A DNA stretch of 64,000 nucleotides, from sequence record MT446408.1; one strand, written 5' to 3'. Numbering within the stretch: the first letter of the stretch is position 1; each line of letters opens with the position of its first letter. The DNA comes from Escherichia virus TH35. Shown here piece by piece: positions 45,095-54,131 of the stretch. The notes under the pieces are model-generated. The model worked only from the letters and a program-made list of their open reading frames with translations, searched no databases and had not been told where the DNA came from. Position numbers and translations under genes: made by a program.

Positions 45095-46555
45095 TTAAAG
45101 GTTAGAGAAGAAGCCGGATGCTGCAACAATTGGTTTCATCAACGCCATGATTGCTGCGTCCGCTTTGTTAGGCGATTTGACTCCACGCTTTGCCATATCC
45201 TTTTTCGATTCAACTTTAAACTTACCAAGCACAGACGTGTCTTTGCGCGGCGCTGACATCTCAAAAAGAAATGTCTCAATTTCTTCCGCAGACCAAGCAG
45301 GAATCCCAAGTTCTGGAATGCCGTCTGTGTCGATGGAAATCAGCTCATCAGTCGGGTATACAGCCTGCCCTGTTGCATACTCATATGTCTTCCTGAATCG
45401 TTCGGCAATCTCAGTCCATTTTTGCGCTTTTATGTTTGCGAAATGGTCTTTATTGAGTATTTCAACGTGTGGTAACTCAAGGAAGACGTCATCAGGATCA
45501 TCAACAGCACCTTGCGCGTTGAACGCATTAAATTCGATTCTTGGGAATGTTGGATTTTCATGGATTGCATACTCATTAAGCTCATCAAATTTTGAACCAG
45601 CAAATGCACCAACACCGATGGCGTCATAGGTAATTGATGCGCCGAATGTTAATGCATCTTTCCAAACTCCGCTTGCGGACTTAAGCAATTCATCTTCCAG
45701 ACCTTCCCATGTCTTGATGCCGCGCAATACGTTGCCCGTGACAAATGCTGTGGCGTTTAAGTCGTCGCCGTCGTCTGCCACGTCAAAGCCTATACGGTTA
45801 GACCCTGACAAGCTCCATCCCAACGTAGGGTGTTTGTGGAGGTTTAGCGCGGCCTTGACGAATGCACGGTTGATGACCGACTTGTCGCCGCCTGTCTTCG
45901 GTACTCCGCCATAAACGTGTTCTGCCTTTTTCGGGTCGCGCTCATACATGCCAGCGATAACGTCCAGCATTGTTTGCGACAAGAATGGATTGTCCTGCCA
46001 GTTAATCTTCTTAACAATGGCATTTTTAGGCGGTCGCATAACAAAGTTCTGGTAGACGAAATCAGCCTCTTCATCAGGGTTAAATATGATCCATATTTCG
46101 GACCCTTCCTTACGAATTGTCGGCTCAATAATATCCCACTGCTCTTCAGTCAGCGCGTGCGCTTCTTCAAGCCAAAGAACGTCAACACCTTCTGTTGATT
46201 TGATTTCGTCAACGTTGCGTGCGATACCGTAAAATAAGAATTCAGATTTTGTTCTTTTGTGTTCAATGGAGTTCTTTAATAAGTTGAACTCATCTTTGAA
46301 ATCAGAAATTTCTATTTTGTCTTTTAATAGCGTATATACTGATTCAGAAATCTTGTTCTGGAATTGTCGAACGCAAAGGAATTTTAATTTAAAATTTGCC
46401 GCCAAATAAATAGCAAAACCAGCGGCATCATGCGATTTGGAAGATGCACGACCGCCGTATATAACTTTGTATCGCGCTTTCGTCTTCCAGACTTCTCTTA
46501 AAGCAGGATTCAACTGGTACATGACTTTCCAATTATGTGTTAATATTTTATTCAT
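45095..46555 (-). CDS. terL: terminase large subunit
   Basis: N-terminal ATPase with P-loop-like YGGRASSKS and Walker B VLWLEEAH; C-terminal nuclease-like domain; 486 aa. Confidence 0.8.
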   Translation of the reverse strand: MNKILTHNWKVMYQLNPALREVWKTKARYKVIYGGRASSKSHDAAGFAIYLAANFKLKFLCVRQFQNKISESVYTLLKDKIEISDFKDEFNLLKNSIEHKRTKSEFLFYGIARNVDEIKSTEGVDVLWLEEAHALTEEQWDIIEPTIRKEGSEIWIIFNPDEEADFVYQNFVMRPPKNAIVKKINWQDNPFLSQTMLDVIAGMYERDPKKAEHVYGGVPKTGGDKSVINRAFVKAALNLHKHPTLGWSLSGSNRIGFDVADDGDDLNATAFVTGNVLRGIKTWEGLEDELLKSASGVWKDALTFGASITYDAIGVGAFAGSKFDELNEYAIHENPTFPRIEFNAFNAQGAVDDPDDVFLELPHVEILNKDHFANIKAQKWTEIAERFRKTYEYATGQAVYPTDELISIDTDGIPELGIPAWSAEEIETFLFEMSAPRKDTSVLGKFKVESKKDMAKRGVKSPNKADAAIMALMKPIVAASGFFSNL

Positions 46556-46674
46556 ATTATAGTTTGCTTGCGACAGCTATATCAAGTAAAATTATGATTC
46601 CAGCTTAGTAGTGGATAAAGGATGATCTTTTCGGCCAGATTCTTTCTGGCCATTTTTTTTATCAGGAGTAAATC

Positions 46675-46905
46675 ATGGCCCTAGTAAATATTCAACTCAC
46701 TCCATCTTACACTTCCGTTCTTTCTGTTGCTGAAAACGTATCAGGCGCACTTATTCAAGTTCGCGGCGGTGCCGCAGAGATCTGTTTCGAAGAAAAAGCC
46801 GATGACAAGTTGATCGGCATCGCAGTTGTTGGCACGGTCACAATCCCGCCAGGCGTTGAGATTTTCGCGAAAGGAAGCGGCACATTAGTCGTGTCTTCTC
46901 ACTAA
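46675..46905 (+). CDS. hypothetical protein (76 aa)
   Basis: ORF with AGGAG RBS. Confidence 0.45.
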   Translation: MALVNIQLTPSYTSVLSVAENVSGALIQVRGGAAEICFEEKADDKLIGIAVVGTVTIPPGVEIFAKGSGTLVVSSH

Positions 46906-46994
46906 TCATTTGCCATGGACGGCATAAATTCACAAAAAGTTTGCCTTTCTGAAACTCTGCGTTATAATCATATTAACTCAAAACCGGAGGTAAT

Positions 46995-47210
46995 ATGAAA
47001 CTCATCGACCGTGCCATCAAAGCCATTGATAACCACTCCACCGCGCTTGCTTTCGTGATGGGATTTTGTTTCACTGCTGCGTTTGGCGACGTTCACACAT
47101 TCAAGTCTGTCATCTTGTGCTGGTCCATCTGGTCCCTTATTTCTCTGGTTTTGATTCTTCCGATGACGTGGCTTGTTCTTACTTGTCTTGAATCTCAAGG
47201 TGAAGACTGA
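46995..47210 (+). CDS. small two-TMD membrane protein (holin candidate)
   Basis: hydrophobic segments ALAFVMGFCFTAAFG and VILCWSIWSLISLVLILPMTWLVLT; GGAGG RBS. Confidence 0.4.
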   Translation: MKLIDRAIKAIDNHSTALAFVMGFCFTAAFGDVHTFKSVILCWSIWSLISLVLILPMTWLVLTCLESQGED

Positions 47211-47431
47211 TGAGACTATCAATCAAAGAGCGGGCAAAGCGACCCAAAAGGAGTGAGCCAAAGGCCAAATACATATGCGTTGGCGGACCGTTCGACGGTC
47301 AAGCGATGTGGCTTTCAAAATCTAATCCATCGACGGTTGAGTTCAGCCTTCATGGAATGCGCGGCAGGTATCTGCTAAACAGAGAAACAAGCGGCAGCAC
47401 ATTTGTGGAGTGGAAAGAAAATGGCAAGTGA
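47210..47431 (+). CDS. hypothetical protein (73 aa)
   Basis: ORF coupled (TGATG) to upstream membrane protein gene. Confidence 0.4.
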   Translation: MRLSIKERAKRPKRSEPKAKYICVGGPFDGQAMWLSKSNPSTVEFSLHGMRGRYLLNRETSGSTFVEWKENGK

Positions 47432-47654
47432 ATTATCAATCGAAGTACCGAAAGAATGGCTGGATAAGGCATACGCAGATTCTGTAAAAGAACTTGCTGT
47501 TGTGCTTGGAATCGAAAATGAGTTTAACGTTCAACTTCAATTCCTAAAAGATACTCTTCAAATCAAAGAGAATAGAGAAGCTGGCGGCGGTGCGCCTTTG
47601 GCTCTGGCAATAATCTATGCGGGATTAATTTTGAAGTCTGGAGGCGAACTGTGA
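47421..47654 (+). CDS. hypothetical protein (77 aa)
   Basis: start at ATG 47421 (MASELSIEV...); short overlap with upstream gene. Confidence 0.4.
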   Translation: MASELSIEVPKEWLDKAYADSVKELAVVLGIENEFNVQLQFLKDTLQIKENREAGGGAPLALAIIYAGLILKSGGEL

Positions 47655-47850
47655 ATCGTTGGTGCAGTTGGAAGTTGAAACGTCTCGCCTGGGCCAATGC
47701 CGCCAATTCTGCTGGCCCAATCACCGCTGGTGTTGGGTCGATATGGGACGGCGAAGGACGTTGGGACTCTCTGTGTGGCACGCGCCTATTCTTTCGCTTA
47801 AAATAACATTCGCCCTTCCCGATATGGGAAGGGAATTTAAAGAGGTTATC

Positions 47851-48192
47851 ATGAACAATACTTTATCACAACTGCTAATCTGGACAATTGCTGCTATCAT
47901 CGGCACCGTTATTATGATGTCGAGTGCAAAGGCCGATACGGATATTTGCGGCAGACTTATTTCTGAGAATGGCGAGATTTATTATGGCAACTCAAAAGGC
48001 GATTATATATCGCCTGAGGTTTGCGCTCAGAAGAAAGCAGAAATGCAAAAGCAGTATCATGAAGATCAATCTATATCTCAAGCCGCGCTGATTGAATTAA
48101 GTATATCAGCCATCATCTTTCTAATCGTTTTTATGCTCATTATTAAACCAGATAATGGCAGCCACCGTCATATTCCTCTCAAAAGAAATTAA
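47851..48192 (+). CDS. membrane protein with N-terminal signal/anchor and C-terminal TMD
   Basis: start at ATG 47851 after AGAGG RBS (track ORF begins 47659); LLIWTIAAIIGTVIMM and SISAIIFLIVFMLII. Confidence 0.45.
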   Translation: MNNTLSQLLIWTIAAIIGTVIMMSSAKADTDICGRLISENGEIYYGNSKGDYISPEVCAQKKAEMQKQYHEDQSISQAALIELSISAIIFLIVFMLIIKPDNGSHRHIPLKRN

Positions 48193-48230
48193 GGTTATAA
48201 TACGGTTGTCGACAAAACGAGGACCGTAAA

Positions 48231-50573
48231 ATGCCAAGGCTAATATTCAAAAACAACTTTGAGGTCGCGCTGGCTCAACCAACGACGACTTCAGACACCA
48301 CAATCACAATTCGCTCAGGGTCGGGCTTTCCGACTTTGGGCGCAAACGAGCGTGTAGTGGCGACAATCGTCGACGCTGCAACAGGCCTCCAATTCGAAAT
48401 CGTCACAGTAACAGCCGTGGTTGGAAACGTCCTGACCGTGCAGCGTGCTCAAGAAGGAACTGCAGCGCGTGCATGGGCTGCTGGTGACATGCTTTCCATT
48501 CGAACTACTGCCGCGACTTTGACGGGTACTGTCCGAAACTTTGGCGCTGTTCCATCCGGTATGAATTTGAACGCTCTTACTGGCAGCTGGTTTGGGCAAT
48601 ATTATCAGAACTCTGACGGCGCAGCCTCTTCTGGGTTGAACTATCCTGTTGAGCAGGCAGGAGTCCTAGAGGTGTTGCAAACAGGAGTATCGACCGAAAG
48701 TTGCATCCAAAAATACACATCATATTCCATCAACAACACTTACCAAAGAAGATTCAATGCGCAAAATAGCACATGGTCTCCTTGGGTGATGATTTATTCA
48801 GAATCAAGCGTCATACCTGTGTCCAACGGCGGCACGGGTCAAACAACCATTCAGGGGATGAAGTCCGCGTTTGGATTCGGTACAGTTGCTGATCAGAATG
48901 TCGTCCCTACTTCCATGGGCGGTACGGGCTCAGCAGACAATGCACAAGCATGGCTGAATATTCGTCCACAAGGGTCAACGCCGCTCGCTGGTGACCCAGT
49001 TAACGATTATGATGCCGCGACCAAGCGTTGGGTTGAAAACTTAGTTAACACAGGCACCATTGGTCCAAGCATGAACGGTGTCATGAACTATGGCGTTGGT
49101 GATTTTCACTTACGCGACAGTCGTGCATATATTCAACCGTATGAAGTCGTTGCTGATGGGCAGTTATTAAACCGCGCTGACTGGCCTGAACTTTGGTCAT
49201 ATGCGCAAATGCTGTCGCCTATTGCAGATGCTGACTGGCTGGCGGACCCGCAAAAGCGCGGAAGATATTCCTTGGGGAATGGCACCACCACATTCCGAGT
49301 GCCAGACCGCAACGGCGTCCAGACAGGGTCAATAAAAGAGCTTTTCTGCAGAGGTGATGGCGGCAACCCGACAAACGATGGAATGGTGTATAATGCTGCT
49401 GCGCCTAACATACTTGCCTATACGCCTCACACAGTGCTCACCGCTGCCAGTGCAAAAGGCCAAGTGGCCACTGATGGGTCTTTCACATCAACGACATCCA
49501 CTAGTGGTGTTTGGCCTACGTCCGGTGGCGAAGGCCTGTATGCGAATATCCGTTTCGACGCTTCCCAATCATCTCCATTGTATGGTCGATACGGAATCGT
49601 GGACAACCTGATACCAAAGAACTTTATTGGCGTTTGGGTGATTCGTGCATCGGGTGGATTTGTTGCCGCGAATACGTCTTGGAGTGTTATAAATGGTGAT
49701 GGCACAAGACCGCCTGGCGGGACGAGAGTTGAATCAGGGAAAGTAAGCGTTGAATACAAGATTGGAACTTCCATTGAAGCGCAAGGAACGGTTTACACAT
49801 CAGCAACGATGGGTGGTTCATACTCCACCCAGTTGTCCGTAAAAAACGTCACTGCAGGTAAAGAAAAAGACATCAGCTTGACTGATGACGGTCTATTGTG
49901 GTCTGACCGATTTGCGGCACGTTACGGAACATTGATGTCATGGGCTGAAACAGGTTCAAAGTCAGGCACCTTCTCGATGACGAGACAGGCACTTGGTCAA
50001 AACTATGGCTTTAACAGCCTTATCAGCGGTAGTCAATCTGTTAATACAGGATACGCAACTACTGTTCACCATGGCATGATTCACAACAACAATGGAAGTT
50101 TTGCGCAAGCTACGTGGATTGCTTCTGGTGATGATGATGCAAAGTATCAAACAAAGATGCAAATCCAGCCTAACGTAGAGGATGTATTTTTTTCAGTATC
50201 CGTTCCAGGCTCTGACAGCTTCTTTACTCTTCAAAAGAATGCCATCTCTGATGAGAATTTGAAGCATGACATACGACCAGGAACGGTTGAAAAAGCATGG
50301 AGCAACCTTTCATCGCTGGAGTATGTAACGTTCATATACAACAATGATGAAAAGGAAAGGATAAGAAGGGGTATTATCGCTCAACAGGCAGAGATTATTG
50401 ACCCTTTGTATGTTAAGACGATTAAATTCTATCCGAGTGAAGGTGTCGAAGTTGAACAAAAACAACTTGACACGACACCTATGCTTTTGGATACGATGCA
50501 CGTGGTGCAGGAGTTGATGAAAAAAGTTGAATCCCTAGAGGCAGAGATAGCCGCGCTGAAAGCAGCAAAATAA
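48231..50573 (+). CDS. tail fiber/spike protein with C-terminal intramolecular chaperone (peptidase S74-like) domain
   Basis: C-terminal SDENLKHDIRP...GIIAQQAEIIDPLYV...LLDTMHVVQELMKKVESLEAEIAALK matches the auto-cleaving chaperone domain of endosialidase/L-shaped fibers. Confidence 0.7.
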   Translation: MPRLIFKNNFEVALAQPTTTSDTTITIRSGSGFPTLGANERVVATIVDAATGLQFEIVTVTAVVGNVLTVQRAQEGTAARAWAAGDMLSIRTTAATLTGTVRNFGAVPSGMNLNALTGSWFGQYYQNSDGAASSGLNYPVEQAGVLEVLQTGVSTESCIQKYTSYSINNTYQRRFNAQNSTWSPWVMIYSESSVIPVSNGGTGQTTIQGMKSAFGFGTVADQNVVPTSMGGTGSADNAQAWLNIRPQGSTPLAGDPVNDYDAATKRWVENLVNTGTIGPSMNGVMNYGVGDFHLRDSRAYIQPYEVVADGQLLNRADWPELWSYAQMLSPIADADWLADPQKRGRYSLGNGTTTFRVPDRNGVQTGSIKELFCRGDGGNPTNDGMVYNAAAPNILAYTPHTVLTAASAKGQVATDGSFTSTTSTSGVWPTSGGEGLYANIRFDASQSSPLYGRYGIVDNLIPKNFIGVWVIRASGGFVAANTSWSVINGDGTRPPGGTRVESGKVSVEYKIGTSIEAQGTVYTSATMGGSYSTQLSVKNVTAGKEKDISLTDDGLLWSDRFAARYGTLMSWAETGSKSGTFSMTRQALGQNYGFNSLISGSQSVNTGYATTVHHGMIHNNNGSFAQATWIASGDDDAKYQTKMQIQPNVEDVFFSVSVPGSDSFFTLQKNAISDENLKHDIRPGTVEKAWSNLSSLEYVTFIYNNDEKERIRRGIIAQQAEIIDPLYVKTIKFYPSEGVEVEQKQLDTTPMLLDTMHVVQELMKKVESLEAEIAALKAAK

Positions 50574-50654
50574 TTCACTCAAGGCGCTGAAAAGCGCCTT
50601 TACTTTATGCGCAATTAAGTTATACTCATTATACGTTAACAAGTGAGGTGATTT

Positions 50655-50942
50655 ATGAAATTTGAAGATATTGATAAGGCTCAGAAAGCAAAGACTCTTC
50701 CAAAATACTTAATTTGCGGCATCGACCCTGCGGACAAGCGCCTTGTCTTTTTGAAAGCCGTCAAGGGTGATGAACATGGCAACGCAGTTGATTGGTGCAT
50801 CCCGCTCTTTGAGACAAAGGGAGAAGCCGAACAGGCATTGTTAGAAAGCAAGATGCCTTCGCATTACAAAGTCAGGACTCAAGATGAAATTCCAACCTTG
50901 ATTTTGGACAACATTAACAGCGGAGAAGGCTCTAATGGATAA
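50655..50942 (+). CDS. hypothetical protein (95 aa)
   Basis: ORF with GAGG RBS. Confidence 0.45.
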   Translation: MKFEDIDKAQKAKTLPKYLICGIDPADKRLVFLKAVKGDEHGNAVDWCIPLFETKGEAEQALLESKMPSHYKVRTQDEIPTLILDNINSGEGSNG

Positions 50943-51036
50943 AGAGGCACGACGCTTTGCATTTTGGGGCACGGTTTGTGTTGTCGCCCTGTTAGGAATT
51001 GTTTACGCAATAATTCATGCTGCTGCGGCATAAATC

Positions 51037-51432
51037 ATGATCATTGATATTGAAAAGGCGCTTAAGCGCGAACTGACGCCAGGTGCAACTCCTGGTGAAG
51101 AGGCTTATTACCGGCCCAAGCCGCAACGCACTAATGATATTCCGGTCTTCAAGCGTACAGTGAATAAAAACGGTCAGCGGTCGCGACCGCGCTCTATCCG
51201 GTCCGGTGAGAAGCTGAAAACGATTCGCCAGTGTCTACAACGACTCGAAATCATGGGTTGTCGCGCTTATATCGACCCTGATGGAAAGGTTCTGGTGAGA
51301 ATTGGCAATAGTACACATCTACAGGACGGATTGCCCTGCGGCGAATCCAGACCCATAGCCAAGACCGACCGTGTGGCTACTGGCCGCGAGATTGAGGAAA
51401 GTTGGTTGGGTGCTTTCTTATTAAAATATTGA
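51037..51432 (+). CDS. hypothetical basic protein (131 aa)
   Basis: ORF; Arg/Lys-rich. Confidence 0.45.
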   Translation: MIIDIEKALKRELTPGATPGEEAYYRPKPQRTNDIPVFKRTVNKNGQRSRPRSIRSGEKLKTIRQCLQRLEIMGCRAYIDPDGKVLVRIGNSTHLQDGLPCGESRPIAKTDRVATGREIEESWLGAFLLKY

Positions 51433-51439
51433 GGATTAT

Positions 51440-51688
51440 ATGAATCAAAATGAATCAGTAGCATTCTTACAATGGCTGGAAGGTGTGGTGGAGTATAACG
51501 CAGCAAACGACCGCTTCATCTTTCAAGGTAAAAGTTACAAGCGCAAAGGTCAAGCCCAGAAAGCTGCGCGCAAGTACTGGAAAGAAGTTTATTCAGAATT
51601 TTTCTCTCAGATGGGTATCGTCGGCGCTACTGTTCACGGCGACCCAGCACAATTGGTATCGATTGATGAATCCAATCGTCACAATTAA
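51440..51688 (+). CDS. hypothetical protein (82 aa)
   Basis: ORF with GAGGA RBS. Confidence 0.45.
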   Translation: MNQNESVAFLQWLEGVVEYNAANDRFIFQGKSYKRKGQAQKAARKYWKEVYSEFFSQMGIVGATVHGDPAQLVSIDESNRHN

Positions 51689-51761
51689 CAAACCGATTTG
51701 AATGCCGCGCCATGCGACTTTATTATAGTTATTGTTAATCACCCTCATGAAAGGTAATGAT

Positions 51762-52142
51762 ATGTCAAATAAGAATGATTCTATTCACAATACATATACT
51801 AAAGGCAGCGGAATGGCCTTTGGTGGCAGTATCAAAATTGACGTTCCATCTTGCGATTCTGATGGATTGGAAGTCGGCAACCGCGACTTAACATGGGTTT
51901 TACGTCGCCAATCTGATTTAGAAGAGAAGCTGGAAAATATTGAGCGTTCTCTCGAAAGTTTGCGCGATCAGCTTTTTGGTTGTTCTGAAGATGATTCACA
52001 ACCTGGACCATATGCAGCCAATCATGGTTTGATTGATAATATGCTTGCTATTACCGCTCGATCAATTGGTAAAACTGTGTCCATTGAATCATTGATCAGC
52101 CAGATTGCGGATGGCTTTGGTGATGCCCATAAGAGCGAATAG
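51762..52142 (+). CDS. hypothetical protein (126 aa)
   Basis: start at ATG 51762 after AAAGG RBS (track start 51732). Confidence 0.45.
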   Translation: MSNKNDSIHNTYTKGSGMAFGGSIKIDVPSCDSDGLEVGNRDLTWVLRRQSDLEEKLENIERSLESLRDQLFGCSEDDSQPGPYAANHGLIDNMLAITARSIGKTVSIESLISQIADGFGDAHKSE

Positions 52143-52212
52143 TGGGTGGATGTTGCTTTAACCGTGAATCGTGGGTCGCTGTGGCGGCCCTTTATTTTGC
52201 CTGCCGCGCAGG

Positions 52213-52325
52213 AGTGTACTGCAAATTTACTGTGGGCACAAAATAGTACGGTACTGTCTAGGACTTTTTCTTTGAAAAGTTAGTGGACCAAATGTGTCGT
52301 ATTTTGATTAGTGTACTGCAAATTT
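52213..52325. repeat. two copies of AGTGTACTGCAAATTT, variant of the ATAGTGCAAAT family
   Basis: identical 16-mers at 52213-52228 and 52310-52325. Confidence 0.6.
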
Positions 52326-52414
52326 CATCAAGTACCAAAACGCACCAAAAGACCCATGCCCTAAAAACCACACGAACGCAATAATCAATCGCCGTTACAG
52401 TTTCCAGCGTTACA

Positions 52415-52674
52415 ATTCGAAAGCGAATGATTCGATACACAATAATATGAAGCATAATGATTCGAAAGCGAATGATTGCGTGTAGTATAATATCGGTGGG
52501 GATTATTCTAGATGCATGTAATTTCGCATGCGTACTATTTTCGGACGAAGGGTCGGCATATTCCTCGTTTTAGTTCGGAACGAAGGGAAAGTTTTGCGCC
52601 TTTATAAAACAACGACTTACGCAACCCGCCCTAACGGTCCGATATAGGTGTCTATATAAAACAAGGACTTACGC
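52415..52674. repeat. short direct repeats in a non-coding stretch
   Basis: ATTCGAAAGCGAATGATT at 52415-52432 and 52460-52477; TATAAAACAA[C/G]GACTTACGC at 52603-52622 and 52655-52674; recurring CGAAGGG words. Confidence 0.5.
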
Positions 52675-52840
52675 GATGTTCTCCATTTAACGTAATACCC
52701 GTTATGCGAACTAAGGAGCATCTCGAAGAAGATTATGAGGCGACGAAGGGAAGGATAAAGGAGTTTTCGCGGAGAAGCGCATCGAGATAGGGACGAAGAA
52801 AAGCCGCGACTAAGCGCGGCCTATTAGTAACGGAAGGATA

Positions 52841-53131
52841 TTATAAGGAGACAATTTTAAAATAAGTTACTTCGCCGCCGAGTTGCGGTACAGCGATATA
52901 TTCGCCGCCGATTTCGGTAATCGTATAAACGAAGCCGTTAATCGTTACGCGATAGGATACGATGTCCTCGTCGCGATACTTGTAAAGGTCGAGGAAGTTG
53001 ATCGGCTCATAAATAGACTCGATAATCGCGTCGACGTTAGAGAGATAAACGCTCTCTAAGGTTTCGCCAAATACGTTAGAGTTTTCGGAAGTTTCGACGC
53101 GAGCGGAACGGATAGCGGCTAAAGTAATCAT
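52841..53131 (-). CDS. small protein, paralog family member A (96 aa)
   Basis: MITLAAIRS... similar in N-terminus and overall pattern to 53767-54051 and 53239-53541; AGGAG RBS. Confidence 0.5.
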   Translation of the reverse strand: MITLAAIRSARVETSENSNVFGETLESVYLSNVDAIIESIYEPINFLDLYKYRDEDIVSYRVTINGFVYTITEIGGEYIAVPQLGGEVTYFKIVSL

Positions 53132-53155
53132 AATAATCTCCTAGTTGGTCGGGCG

Positions 53156-53176
53156 GGTAGCGACCTATTCGCTACC
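53156..53176 (-). promoter_or_regulatory. conserved 5' UTR stem-loop (copy 1)
   Basis: on coding strand GGTAGCG-AATAGGT-CGCTACC preceded by GGGATGAG; same loop and architecture as copy at 53721-53741 with compensatory stem changes. Confidence 0.5.
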
Positions 53177-53198
53177 TCATCCCCTCTCGATATAAAAC

Positions 53199-53227
53199 AT
53201 TATAGTATTAGTGTACGAAGAAGTAAA
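53199..53227 (-). promoter_or_regulatory. sigma70-like promoter for 52841-53131
   Basis: reverse strand TTTACT (53227-53222) - 17 bp - TATAAT (53204-53199). Confidence 0.55.
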
Positions 53228-53238
53228 GCACTTTTTCG

Positions 53239-53541
53239 TTATTTTGCGATAAAATGTTTATAAGCTTTATCGCCTTCTACGTCGATATACTCGACGATAA
53301 TTAACGCTTCGTCGCGAGGCGTAACCGTCTCGATAAGGGTAACGGCTTCGTCGTCGGTCTTCGCGAAGCGGATGGCGCTACGTTCGGCGTATTTCATATC
53401 GTCGAAGGAAAGGCCGACGAAGGCGAACGCGCGGACCTTAATAGCGGTCCCGTCTAGTTCCGCGTTAACGGCTTTAAGAAGAGAAGCGACGGTTAAGCGG
53501 TCTTCGTCGTAAGTAAGGATAGAAGAGATTAAAGTGGTCAT
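53239..53541 (-). CDS. small protein, paralog family member B (100 aa)
   Basis: start set at ATG 53541 after GGGAG RBS (track start 53598 is TTG and overlaps the promoter); MTTLISSILTYDED... Confidence 0.45.
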   Translation of the reverse strand: MTTLISSILTYDEDRLTVASLLKAVNAELDGTAIKVRAFAFVGLSFDDMKYAERSAIRFAKTDDEAVTLIETVTPRDEALIIVEYIDVEGDKAYKHFIAK

Positions 53542-53597
53542 AATAAAACTCCCGATGCTAGTAGAAGGAAGGGCCATCGCCCGTCTCGATATAAACA

Positions 53598-53625
53598 AGT
53601 ATACGCGAGTGTACGAAGAAGTAAA
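53598..53625 (-). promoter_or_regulatory. sigma70-like promoter for 53239-53541
   Basis: reverse strand TTTACT (53625-53620) - 16 bp - TATACT (53603-53598); near-identical to promoter at 53199-53227. Confidence 0.5.
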
Positions 53626-53679
53626 GAAAAAAGATAAAATAATTTATCTCATTTTTATCGAAAAAGTGCTTTACTTTTT

Positions 53680-53707
53680 TCTACACTATATTATAATGTA
53701 CTCATAT
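53680..53707 (+). promoter_or_regulatory. sigma70-like promoter for 53767-54051
   Basis: TTTACT (53680-53685) - 16 bp - TATAAT (53702-53707); shares CTTTACTT...TACAC core with the two reverse promoters. Confidence 0.55.
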
Positions 53708-53710
53708 CGG

Positions 53711-53748
53711 GACGGGATGAGTTAACGAATAGGTCGTTAACGCCCGTC
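53711..53748 (+). promoter_or_regulatory. conserved 5' UTR stem-loop (copy 2)
   Basis: GACGGGATGAG-GTTAACG-AATAGGT-CGTTAAC-GCCCGTC immediately upstream of AGGAG RBS. Confidence 0.5.
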
Positions 53749-53766
53749 GAGAACTAGGAGTTTAAA

Positions 53767-54051
53767 ATGGCTATTCTTAACGTTTCTTCCATCCGTAACG
53801 CTATCGTCGAGAACTACGGCGTAAAACAAATTTTATCCGAAGTCTACGCCGCGAACGTAGACCAAACTATCGAGGCAGGTGGGGTAACGGTCGCCGAGGC
53901 TTTTAAACTTTACGCGGCGCTACCGGAATCGGACCGCGAAGCCTTCGAAGTAAACGTTAACGGATACTTCTTCGAAGCGGTCGAAATCGGTAACACCTTA
54001 CTCGTTATGGGCGAAGAAGAATTTGAGACCTTCTCCCTCGTCGAAGCGTAA
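53767..54051 (+). CDS. small protein, paralog family member C (94 aa)
   Basis: MAILNVSSIRNAIVE...; paralogous to 52841-53131 (shared NVD..IE, VNG.F, EIG, E.E.TF positions). Confidence 0.5.
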   Translation: MAILNVSSIRNAIVENYGVKQILSEVYAANVDQTIEAGGVTVAEAFKLYAALPESDREAFEVNVNGYFFEAVEIGNTLLVMGEEEFETFSLVEA

Positions 54052-54131
54052 GAGAGGATTTTTAGAGCGTCGTGCGCGACGCTTTAATAAAATTCTTTCG
54101 CGCCTAGCGCCCTAACAAATAGGAGTTTATT

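Noticed and set aside
52258-52455. 65-aa reverse ORF overlapping the ATTCGAAAGCGAATGATT direct repeats
   Set aside because: No RBS, overlaps repeat elements and a promoter-like TATAAT; more likely regulatory DNA.
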